DNA of 32,000 bases, from positions 3,300,001-3,332,000 of the forward strand of contig NC_002939.5 of NCBI RefSeq assembly GCF_000007985.2, in the 5' to 3' direction. Origin of the DNA: Geobacter sulfurreducens PCA. GTDB lineage: Bacteria; Desulfobacterota; Desulfuromonadia; Geobacterales; Geobacteraceae. The translations under genes were made by a program, and so were the position numbers. Numbering within the stretch: position 1 is the stretch's first letter; the number at the start of each line of letters is the position of its first letter. Shown in pieces: positions 15,758-26,300 of the stretch. The notes beneath the pieces were generated by a model that did no database searches, was not told the origin of the DNA, and saw only the letters and a list, made by a program, of their open reading frames with translations.

Positions 15758-16948
15758 ATGAATATGAACCCTAATGCAAGTTTCGACAATATGACTGAAT
15801 CCAGCGCCCCCCCTTCATTCAAGGAAAAACTCCACGTTGGGCGCCCCAATGTCGGCAATCGGGAAGCACTTCTTGCCCGCATCAACGACATGCTCGACCG
15901 CCGTTGGCTCACCAATAACGGTCCTTTTGTCCAAGAGCTCGAGCAAAAAATGAGTGAGTTTCTCGGCGTTCGAAACTGCATCGCCATGTGCAATGCAACC
16001 ATCGCCCTCGAGATCACCACCCGGGCACTCGGCATGAGCGGCGAGGTGATAGTGCCTCCGTTCACTTTCGTGGCGACCGCTCACGCTTTGCAATGGCAGG
16101 AGATAACCCCCGTATTCTGCGACATCGACCCGACGACCCACCATATCGATCCCAAGAAGATCGAATCAATGATCACGCCCCGCACAACCGGCATCGTCGG
16201 AGTTCATCTCTGGGGACGCCCTTGTGCAGTCAACACCCTTACGGAGATAGCAGCAAAACATAAGTTAAAACTTATCTTCGACGCGGCTCACGCTTTCGGC
16301 TGCTCGCACGGCGGCCGAATGATAGGCGGCTTCGGCGACGCAGAGGTGTTCAGCTTCCATGCCACCAAGTTCTTCAATACCTTCGAGGGGGGACTCGTCG
16401 CAACCGACAATGACGAGTTGGCCCAGAAGATCAGGCTCATGAAGAACTTCGGCTTCGAGGGTTACGACAACGTCATCTATATTGGCACCAACGGCAAAAT
16501 GACGGAGATCTGCGCGGCCATGGGGCTCACGAACCTTGAAAGCCTCGACGAGTTCATCCAGACCAACCACACCAACTATTACCGTTATCGTCAGGGGCTC
16601 TCCGGGCTGCCGGGCGTGTCGGTGATTGAGTACAACGAGGCCGAACGGAACAATTATCAATACGTGGTACTGGAGATCGACGAGAAGATGGCGGGAGTAT
16701 CCAGAGATCGTTTGGTAGAGGCACTCCATGCGAAAAACGTCATCGCCCGGAGGTATTTCTACCCAGGCTGCCACCGGATGGAACCGTATCGCTCGTACTT
16801 TCCACACTCACGGCTGCTCCTGCCGAAGACAGAAAGATTGGCGAGACGGGTCATGCTGCTGCCGACGGGCACGGCAGTCGAACTGGAGCATATTGATGCA
16901 ATCTGCGTTCTCATAAAACGAATCATCAACGGCTCCATACTCTCCTAG
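15758..16948 (+). CDS. DegT/DnrJ/EryC1/StrS-family PLP-dependent sugar aminotransferase
   Basis: NATIALEI, FDAAHAFG and FSFHATKFFNTFEGG (PLP lysine) motifs in a 396-aa protein. Sugar specificity cannot be determined by eye. Confidence 0.9.
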   Translation: MNMNPNASFDNMTESSAPPSFKEKLHVGRPNVGNREALLARINDMLDRRWLTNNGPFVQELEQKMSEFLGVRNCIAMCNATIALEITTRALGMSGEVIVPPFTFVATAHALQWQEITPVFCDIDPTTHHIDPKKIESMITPRTTGIVGVHLWGRPCAVNTLTEIAAKHKLKLIFDAAHAFGCSHGGRMIGGFGDAEVFSFHATKFFNTFEGGLVATDNDELAQKIRLMKNFGFEGYDNVIYIGTNGKMTEICAAMGLTNLESLDEFIQTNHTNYYRYRQGLSGLPGVSVIEYNEAERNNYQYVVLEIDEKMAGVSRDRLVEALHAKNVIARRYFYPGCHRMEPYRSYFPHSRLLLPKTERLARRVMLLPTGTAVELEHIDAICVLIKRIINGSILS

Positions 16949-16972
16949 ACATGAAACAGGAATAGCCACGTT

Positions 16973-19900
16973 ATGATCTGTCACATTGCTTTCGAAAGCG
17001 ACTACTCTTTCGCGCTACACAACCTGCTCTTGAAACACTTCGATATCAACGAGCATATTTTTCTGATATGCGGCAGAGCCTCATGGGATTCGACGAAACA
17101 ATTTCAATACAGAAACAGCGTTAAGGTCGCAGACCTGAACTCTCAGGAAGTCCGGCGACTCCTCTGCGAGTCGGAACAGATTATTATTCATGGCTTATTT
17201 TTCGGGGAAGTGGTCGACTACTTTCACCGCAACCAGGATCTTCTGCCCAAGACCAGTTGGAAGCTCTGGGGCGGCGACCTTTACTGTTACAGGAATGCAG
17301 GAACGACAGACTTTCCTGCTGAATATGAGGAGAAAAGGAGACAGGTCATCCGGAACTTCGGTCGGATAATCTGTGTCTTAGAGGAGGATTATCAACTCGC
17401 CCGACAGGTATACGACACCAAGGCCACCCGTGCACATGGGTTCTACCCGTTGCTGCTCAATTACGACTACCTTGATTCGCTACGAAAACCTCGCGCTCCG
17501 TCGGAGATAATCACCGTTCAAGTCGGCAACTCTGCAACACGCGAAAACTGCCACGAAGAAGCATTCGAACACCTCATCCATCTCGACAACGACAACATGA
17601 GAGTCTGCTGTCCCCTCTCCTACGGTGACAAATCCTATGGCAACGAGATTATTCGGTTGGGGATGAAACTGTTCGGAAGTCGGTTCTGCCCCCTGACCGA
17701 TGTTCTCCCATTCAAGGAGTATTCCGACCACCTCAGCTCAGTTGATGTCGCCGTTATGAACCACAACCGTCAGCAAGGGCTCGGCAACACAGTAGCGTTG
17801 TTGTATCTCGGCAGGAAAGTATATATGCGGCATGACACGACGTCCTACAGTTGGCTGATGAAACACGGAATCACCGTCTACGATATGCGGAATTTGGGGC
17901 ATGCTTCATTTGCCGAGTTTTCGCATATTGAAGAGGATGTGGCGGCGCGAAACACAGAGATCATCGGCAGGGAATTCTCGGACGATGCATGCGTAAAGCT
18001 ATGGAAGTCAATTTTCAGCTCAAAGGGAAGACAATCTAAGATGACGGTACCGAATGAGAAGGGTTCACTAATTCAAAAACTCAAGCACCAATATTTCCCC
18101 GGCTCCAACTTCGTAGGCCCTTACGAGCAAAACGGCCACGCCCCATCCATCTATGAAGAGCAGTGGCTGTGGGCACATCGCCATCTGATCAAAGGAACCG
18201 TCCTTGACATGTCCACACCCCGTTATTGGCACGAATTCATTCATACCATGGAATCGGTTTCTCGTGTCGTCATCAGCGAGATGGGATGCGACACCGTAAC
18301 CAAATACGGCAAGAGCTCATCGGTAGACATAGTAGCCGATTTCTGCGATCCGAATCTGCCAGTGGCTCCGGAAACGTTCGACACCATCCTCTGCCTGAGC
18401 ATCCTGGAACACTGCACCAATCCCTTGTCCATGGTAAATAATCTTTACAAGTTACTCCGCCCCGGAGGCACCGTTTTCTTCTGGGCACCCTTCGCCTACA
18501 TCGATGGGCACCTTGAGCCTGACTATTGGCGTTTCGGGCGTGACGGCTTCCGTCTTCTGGTCAAACAGGCTGGGTTTGAAATCATGGAAGAAGGAAACTT
18601 CGGGGACCTCGGAAAATATTTCCTCCAAGAATTTGGATTTGATGCATCAGCACGGAACGGTCATCGTGGTGTGCCCTGCGCCAACTGGATTATCTGCAAA
18701 AAACCGCAGGATACCAGGACCCTCCCCAAGCCTACACATGGGATCTCGACGAGCGCGGGGAACTCACCCCTCCGCCTTTACGCCGGCGACATCCCCAACC
18801 GCCCCGAGTACGAAGGCTGGCTCGGCCTCTCGCTAACCCAGGAAAACGACCGCCATATCCGGCACGACATCACCCGACCCCTTCCCTTCGCCGACAACTC
18901 GGTGGACGCTTTCCAGGCTGAAGATGTGCTGGAGCATATCGCCTATGACCGGATCGTCCCCGTTCTTAACGAAATCCATCGTGTACTCAAACCGGGCGCA
19001 GTGTTCCGGCTCTCCGTCCCCGACTATCGTTGCGATATCCTTGACGCCAGAACGGAAAAGGACGCAACGGGAGCGCCCGTCTTCGATCCCGGCGGAGGAG
19101 GTACCAGAGAAAATCCGGGGCACGCCTGGTTCCCCCGCTACGAGACGGTTAAGACCCTGGTCGAAAAATCTAATTTTGGAACAGCGGGAGAAATTTCATT
19201 CCTTCACTACTACGACGAGCATAACCTTCCGGCGATGCGGGAGATCGACTATGCGAAGGGATTTATTCAGAGGCCCCCGGACCACGACCCGCGGGTGCAA
19301 ACACCCTACCGTCCGATGTCTCTAGTCGTAGACCTGACAAAAAGAGACGTAAGAATATTTTCTTCATTCAACAACTCCGCATCTCACGCGAATACGAATG
19401 TTGGCGGCACCGATGCTCACTCCATCGCCGAAACCGCAAGCCGAATATTGCAGGCGGGTGAAAAGCTCTATTCTGAAGGATACACCGCAGATGCAGAGGG
19501 ATGCTTCAACGCTCTCCTCGTCATGCAAGAGCCGCTTGCCACCGCCCACAACAATCTTGGCGTAATCCACCAGGGCCGCCATGAACTCGATAACGCTCTT
19601 GAACACTTCAGATCAGCACTGGCCCTCATGCCGTCACATCGGGAGGCACGTGAAAACATCAAAGCCACCCTTTCATCTGAAAGCATCTATCCCTATGAGG
19701 GGAATCGGTCCAGATCCAATCATTACAATGAAGACTACTTCAATTGGCAAAAGAACATCGGTGCGTTCGGCGGAAGAGCCAACCTCTTTAAGTTCAGCGA
19801 ATTCATAACACCTTCCGACACTATACTCGACTTCGGCTGCGGAGAAGGATATCTCCTCTCAAACATCACCTGTGCAAGGAAGATCGGAGTAGAACTGAAC

Positions 19901-20347
19901 GAAGCAGCCCGAAGAACCGCATGGGCACAGGGGGTAGAAGCATTCGCGTCTCCGGAGGAGATCCCCTTTGGAACTGCAGACCTGGTGATCTCCAACCACG
20001 CGCTGGAACATGTGCTGTCACCGCTCGAAACGCTCCAAGCCCTGATCAAGACGCTCAAGCCGGGGGGGATGACCGTTTTTGTCGTCCCCCACCAGGATAC
20101 ACGGGAAGAATACAATCCCGACGACATCAACATGCACCTCTACACCTGGAACCAGTTGACGCTGGGCAATCTGTTCCGGCAGGCAGGATTCTCTGTTGAA
20201 CGCGTCGAGGCGATCCAGCACCAATGGCCGCCCAATTTCGCAGAGGTCTATGCCCAGGTCGGCGAAGCGGAATTTCACCGGATATGCCGGCAAACGGCTA
20301 TTCAGAACAATAATTACCAGATTCGGATAGTTGCCCGCAGAAAGTGA
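16973..20347 (+). CDS. Multidomain protein: WecF-like (GT56, 4-alpha-L-fucosyltransferase family) glycosyltransferase, two divergent class I methyltransferase-like modules, TPR and one canonical class I methyltransferase
   Basis: aa 1-350: IIHGLFF, WKLWGGDLY (17258-17284), VQVGNSATRENCHEEAF and NHNRQQGLGNTVALLYLG resemble E. coli WecF blocks. aa 400-545: FDTILCLSILEHCTNP..LLRPGGTVFF. aa 600-760: PLPFADNSVDAFQAEDVLEHI..VLKPGAVFRLSVPDY. aa 825-900: TPR-like. aa 915-1090: ILDFGCGEG (19823-19849)...LKPGGMTVFVVP. Confidence 0.72.
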   Translation: MICHIAFESDYSFALHNLLLKHFDINEHIFLICGRASWDSTKQFQYRNSVKVADLNSQEVRRLLCESEQIIIHGLFFGEVVDYFHRNQDLLPKTSWKLWGGDLYCYRNAGTTDFPAEYEEKRRQVIRNFGRIICVLEEDYQLARQVYDTKATRAHGFYPLLLNYDYLDSLRKPRAPSEIITVQVGNSATRENCHEEAFEHLIHLDNDNMRVCCPLSYGDKSYGNEIIRLGMKLFGSRFCPLTDVLPFKEYSDHLSSVDVAVMNHNRQQGLGNTVALLYLGRKVYMRHDTTSYSWLMKHGITVYDMRNLGHASFAEFSHIEEDVAARNTEIIGREFSDDACVKLWKSIFSSKGRQSKMTVPNEKGSLIQKLKHQYFPGSNFVGPYEQNGHAPSIYEEQWLWAHRHLIKGTVLDMSTPRYWHEFIHTMESVSRVVISEMGCDTVTKYGKSSSVDIVADFCDPNLPVAPETFDTILCLSILEHCTNPLSMVNNLYKLLRPGGTVFFWAPFAYIDGHLEPDYWRFGRDGFRLLVKQAGFEIMEEGNFGDLGKYFLQEFGFDASARNGHRGVPCANWIICKKPQDTRTLPKPTHGISTSAGNSPLRLYAGDIPNRPEYEGWLGLSLTQENDRHIRHDITRPLPFADNSVDAFQAEDVLEHIAYDRIVPVLNEIHRVLKPGAVFRLSVPDYRCDILDARTEKDATGAPVFDPGGGGTRENPGHAWFPRYETVKTLVEKSNFGTAGEISFLHYYDEHNLPAMREIDYAKGFIQRPPDHDPRVQTPYRPMSLVVDLTKRDVRIFSSFNNSASHANTNVGGTDAHSIAETASRILQAGEKLYSEGYTADAEGCFNALLVMQEPLATAHNNLGVIHQGRHELDNALEHFRSALALMPSHREARENIKATLSSESIYPYEGNRSRSNHYNEDYFNWQKNIGAFGGRANLFKFSEFITPSDTILDFGCGEGYLLSNITCARKIGVELNEAARRTAWAQGVEAFASPEEIPFGTADLVISNHALEHVLSPLETLQALIKTLKPGGMTVFVVPHQDTREEYNPDDINMHLYTWNQLTLGNLFRQAGFSVERVEAIQHQWPPNFAEVYAQVGEAEFHRICRQTAIQNNNYQIRIVARRK

Positions 20348-23300
20348 GCATAACGCCAATGAATACCACGCCCGTCATTCTTGTTTGCTACAATAGGCCG
20401 CACCACACGGCGGAGATGCTCAAGGCCCTTGAGGTCCACAATATCCAGAACCTGATCATTTTCGCCGATGCACCCAAATCGGACAAGGACGTGGAGGGAG
20501 TTCGCGCAACAAGGAAACTGCTCGAAGGCATCCGGTGGACCCACCCCGAAATCGTATTCCAGACAGAAAACCAAGGGCTCGCAAAATCAATCGTTTCGTC
20601 TGCGAATTATGCTTTTTCACTACATGACCGGCTGGTCCTGCTTGAAGATGATTGCGTACCCCAACGCCACTTCTTCGACTTCATGTCAAACTGCCTGGAC
20701 AGGTACGAAGAAAATGAGAAGATTTTCGGCATCAGCGGATACACGGTTCCGATCCCGTCCAGACTGCAGGAGCAACACCCCTATGACCTCTATTTCTATC
20801 CTCGCATTGGCAGTTGGGGATGGGGAACGTGGAAACGGGCATGGCAACATTACGACACCGATCTCGTAAAGCTTTGCCGGAAAGCTCTGGAATCAAACAT
20901 CGACTTAACGCAAGGAGGTGTTGATATCCCGGTCAACATTGAGGGACTTCTTCGCGGGACATTGAAGGATGTGTGGACCCTGAACTGGGTTCTCACCGTA
21001 TATCTCAACAAGGGCTATTACATCTACCCCACCAAGTCCCACATCAACAACATAGGATTCGATGGCACCGGTGTCCACTGCGGAAAATCCGACCTTTTCC
21101 AAACCATTCTTGCCGATTCACCCGCAATTCGGTTCCCGTCGGATGTGGTCCTGAACTATGACCTTATCAGTCATTACAATATGTATTTCGGAGGTCCTGT
21201 TGTAACTCCGCCCCCAAGGGAACCTGCCGGCTTGAACGCCGTTCCCGAGGCTGCATCCAGAAAGGCTCCGCTGAACGTTGCTCTCCTTTCCACCATGGAC
21301 TTCGGTGGTGCCGGCAAAGCAACCCATCGTCTCCTCAGGGGTCTTCAGGCGTACGGCAGCGACGCACTGATGGCTGTGCTATGTAAAAGCACAGAAGATC
21401 CATCCATAAAGCTGTTGAGCAATTCTGCCGGAGGTTTGACGACTGTCTCAGCCGAAGGTGCAGGACGATGGGAAGAACTCTTCCGGAAGTGGCGCGGACA
21501 GTTGGCAGGCTATACAAACCGGCCGGAAGGACTTGAAATTTTTACCGACTCCCGTTCCCGGTTCTCCCTGGAGGATATCCCCGAACTCCAGAGAGCCGAC
21601 ATACTCAACTTTCACTGGATGGCCGGACTGCTCAACTATCCGACGTCTTCCTCGGCCCTGAAGGGAAAAAAAATCGTCTGGACCCTCCACGACATGAATC
21701 CCTTCACCGGCGGCTGCCACTATGCCGGCGAGTGCACCGGATATCTCCGCTCATGCGGTACGTGTCCCCAACTCGGTTCCAGTGACAAAGAAGATCTTTC
21801 ACGAAAAATTTGGGAAGACAAACGGGCCGCGTACGCCGACCTGGACCTGACTATCGTAACCCCGAGTCGCTGGCTGGCTGAATGCGCCCGCAACAGCTCG
21901 CTCCTTTCCCGCTTCCCGGTCCACGTCATACCCAACGGACTCCCCACGGACATTTTCCGCCCACATCCGAAGGACGAGCTCCGCCGGTCGTTCAACATCC
22001 CCGAACACGCCCGGGTGATATTGTTCGGTGCCGATTATGATACCCGTCGCAAAGGTTTCCACTATCTTGTAGATGCCCTGAGAGCTCTTCCCGACAAGCG
22101 CAACCTGGTGCTCGCGTCATTCGGGCCTCTCCCGGAGACCAAGTTCAGCAGCGAATTCCTCACGATGAACTTCGGTTCGATCTCCAATGAGACTCGCCTA
22201 GCCCAAATCTACAGCCTTGCCGATCTCTTTGTCCTACCGTCAATGGAGGACAACCTCCCGAACACAGTCATTGAGTCGATGGCCTGCGGAATACCGGTGG
22301 TCGGCTTCAAGATCGGGGGCATGCCCGACATGATCGAACACAAGGTGAACGGCTACCTGGCTCAACCAGGGGATGTCACAGGGCTCACTGAGGGAATCCG
22401 TTGGTGCCTCGCAAATGCATCAGCACTCAAACTTGGCGAACGGTGCAGGGAGAAGGTTGAGCTGGAGTATTCCCAGCGGGTTCAGGCTGAGAGCTATACC
22501 AACCTCTATGAGAACATACTCCTAGGGAAAAGTGCCGTCAAATCTTTGGCAGCACCTGCCTGTTCGGCGGACTCGATCCTCATCGCCGCCAACCTGGTCC
22601 CCTTCCGGGACGCGGGGCAGCGGCAACGGCAGGATACCGGCATAGCTAGCATCACCGCCCTTGTAGCGAAGGGCATCATTCCCCTCAACATCTGCTACCC
22701 GGACGAACTCCTAGAGCCGGCCGACTGGCAGACAGCAACAATGCTCGAGCGCAGCGCGAACGTAGAACTGAAGATCGACGGCAAGCGCAAGCCGTTCGTC
22801 ATCGACCTCTTCGATATCGCCGCCCAGTGGGCAACAGCCCACGGAATTACGTGGTTCGCCATCACCAACAGCGATATCGTCCTGACAGACGCGCTCATCG
22901 CCGAGTTGCGGCGCCTTCAAGCCGACGGCATCGAAACGGTTGCCATCTCACGCAACGAGGTGGAACGGGTGGAGGGGGACGGCAGGCTCGTCCCTGGCTA
23001 CCTGGAGGTGAACGGCTACGATATCTTCCTCTGCAGGAGCTCCTGGTGGCAGTCGAACCGTCACCGCTTCCAGCCATATATCTACGGCGAACGGGCCTGG
23101 GACGACGCCTACGCGGCCATCATGGCATGCCACTCTCGCTTCGCCATGCTCTACCAGGACGGCCTCTGCTTCCACTTCAAGCACCCGACCAGCTGGATCT
23201 CCGGCCCATACTCCGACTACAACATGGGGCTCTATACCGGCATCGACAAACCTTACAGCGACCGATACGAGGCGTTCATTAAGGAGGTGCTTGCCCTGAC

Positions 23301-26300
23301 CAAGGCACAGCTCACCCCAGCGAAGACCGCCGAACTGGTGGCGAAGCATTTTTCACCGCCCCCCCCCGTGCCGGTGAACTCCTCTCAGGGCTTCGTCAAC
23401 ATCGGCATGATCACCTACAACCGCCTTGATTTCACGAAACTCTGCCTGGAGGCGTTCGAGCGGACCGTCGACTATCCTCACCGGCTTACCGTCATCGACA
23501 ACAACAGCCAGGACGGGACCGTGGAGTTCCTGCGGAAGCTGCAAGCCCAGGGCGTCATCCACAACCTGATCCTCTTGAACGAAAACGTTGGGGTGGCCAA
23601 GGCGTCGAACCTCGCCTGGGCAATGGAGCCCGATGCCCCGTACTACATGAAGCTCGACAATGACATCGTCTTCCAGAAAATGGGGTGGCTCTCCCGACTG
23701 GTGGAGGTGATTGAAAGGGTGCCGCAGATCGGGGCGGCGGGTTACAACTTCGAGCCCGTCAGCTATCCCCTCTACGAGCTGAACGGCTGCCAGGTCAGGA
23801 TCAAGGAACCGGGGAATCTGGGGGGGGCATGCATCCTGATCCCGAAGCGGACCGAACGGCTCCTCGGCAACTGGTGCGAGGATTATGGCCTTTACGGTGA
23901 GGAGGACGCCGATTATGGCTTCCGGATCCGCTGCGCCGGTCTTCTCAACGCCTACATGGAGGACGAGGAGATTGGCTTCCACCTTCCTGCGGGCAAAGCG
24001 GCGACCATCGACAGTGCAACCCTGGTGGCCCTTGACGGGCAGGAGGAGGACCTCCACGCAGACTACCGCAAGTGGAAGGACGAACTGCGTCGCAAAAACG
24101 TACACGGTCCTTTCAAGCGAAACTTGGAGCGTTATGCTCACGACCCGACTTCACTCTTCCAGCAATCGCGCTTTGCCACAGAGTGGTTGCGGACTCACCG
24201 ACCGGACATTGACGTTTCGCCACTGAAAACAACGGGGGGCAAGCTCACCATCACCCTGCTTTCCCTCGACCTTCCCTCCCATGCCTGCATGCAGCTCAGG
24301 ATCACCGGCCCCGCAAGCGCCTTCTCTGATGAGGTGGAGCTGCTTCAAGCCGTTACCAATGACGGGACAAAGTATCTCATCAACTCCGACTCCATAGACC
24401 GGGCCGACCTGATCATCGTCCAGCGGTTCTTCCCTCGGCCAGAAACAGAGCGTCATCTGCAGAAGGCCCTGGCGTCGGGCAAACCGATCATCTACGAGTT
24501 TGACGACCTCCTGACCGACCATTCTCCGGACAATCCGCACCGGGAATTGAGCACCCTCTGTGCTCCTTTCGTTTCCGCACTTCTTGCCAAGGCAGACGGG
24601 GTAACGGTATCCACCGACCTTCTCGCCAGTGCTCTTCTCCCAAGAAAGGGAACAGTCCATGTTCTGCCGAACCTCCTTGACGAGAAGCTCTGGGCCGCTC
24701 CGCCGGCGTCACGCCCGACCGGCGCTCCGGTAATTATTGGCTATGCCGGTACACCAGGGCATGAGGCGGACCTGGCGCCGATCGAGGAGGCGCTGGAGCG
24801 CATCGCCCGAATGTACGGACACCGGGTAGCGTTCCGCTTTTTCGGCTGCGCCACCGAGCGTATCAGGAAACTTCCTGGCTATACCTTCATACCCTTCACA
24901 GGCAATTACTCTGAATACGCAGCCACCTTGCAAAATTCCGGCATCGACATCGGCCTCGTCCCCCTGGAGGACAACCGCTTCAACCGCTGCAAGAGCAACA
25001 TCAAGTGGCTCGAATACTCGGCCTGCGGCATAGCCGGCATCTACGCCGACCTCCCCCCCTACCGCTCGTGCGTGAAGGAAGGGGAAACGGGGCTCCTGAT
25101 AGCTGGCTACGACGTGGACGCCTGGGTGGCGGCCATCGAAAGCCTCATCGACAACCCGGCCCGCCGCCATGCCATGGCCCTGGCGGCCCGCACCGAGGTC
25201 CTCGCCAACTACACCCTCAAGAGCCGCGGCCACCTTTTCCTCGACACTTGGCGCCGGATCGCCGGCCGTGCCGATACCACAGCCAAGGAGCAGCAGATGC
25301 CCATCTCACCGCAACCGTTCGCGCCGGTCGCCGCAGCCACTGGCTCAGACGCCCCGAAGGTATCCATCATCGTCCCCCTCTACAACAAGGCGGAGTACAC
25401 CAAGCAGTGCCTGGAGGCCCTGGCCCTCAATACGGAGCAGGCCCTGAACTACGAGGTCATCCTCGTGGACAACGCTTCGAGCGACGGCACCGCCGAGTAC
25501 CTGCGCACCCTTTCGGGGGACGTGACCATCGTGACCAACCTGAAGAACCTGGGCTTTGCCAAGGCGTGCAACCAAGGGGGGCGGATCGCCCGGGGGCGGT
25601 ACCTGGTTTTCCTGAACAACGACACCATCCCCCATCCGGGGTGGCTCGACGGGCTCATCAAGGGCGCGGAGCAGGACGGCGCCGACATCGTGGGGGCCAG
25701 GCTCCTCTACCCCAACGGCCGGGTCCAGCACGCCGGGGTGGCCTTCAACGAGCAGTCCATCGGCTACCACATCTTCAACGGCTTCCCGGCAGACTCGCCG
25801 GCCGTCAACCGCAAGCGGTTCATGCAGTGCGTGACCGCCGCCTGCATGCTGGTGAAACAGGAGCTCTTCGCGGAGCTCGGCGGCTTTGACGAGGGGTACG
25901 TGAACGGCTTCGAGGATGTGGATTTCTGCCTCCGGGCCGGGGAGCGGGGCCGCCGCATCCTCTACACCCCCGAAAGCGTTTTGATCCACTTCGAGGAGAC
26001 CAGCGAGGGTCGCAAGGACCACGACACCCCCAACATCCGCCGCTTCCTGGCCCGCTGGGAAGGGAAGGTCCGCTGCGATCATCAGGATATCTACCGTTCC
26101 GAGGGGTACCGGGCCGAACGGCAGGCCGACGGCAGGCTGCGCATCTACCAGGCAGACGTGGCGCCCGTGTCGTCAGCTCCGACGGCTCCGCAGCAGGTCA
26201 CGCCGACACCGGGCACCGGGGCTGCGGCGGCAACGCCGTCCGTTTCGGGGCGGGAAAAGGCCCTTGCCCTGAAGGCGGAAGGACGGTACGTGGAGGCCAT

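Noticed and set aside
11237-22500. Searched the low-GC segment and its edges for an integrase, transposase, IS ends, a tRNA gene or flanking direct repeats.
   Set aside because: None was recognisable by eye in any frame, so the region is not called a mobile element, only a compositional island.
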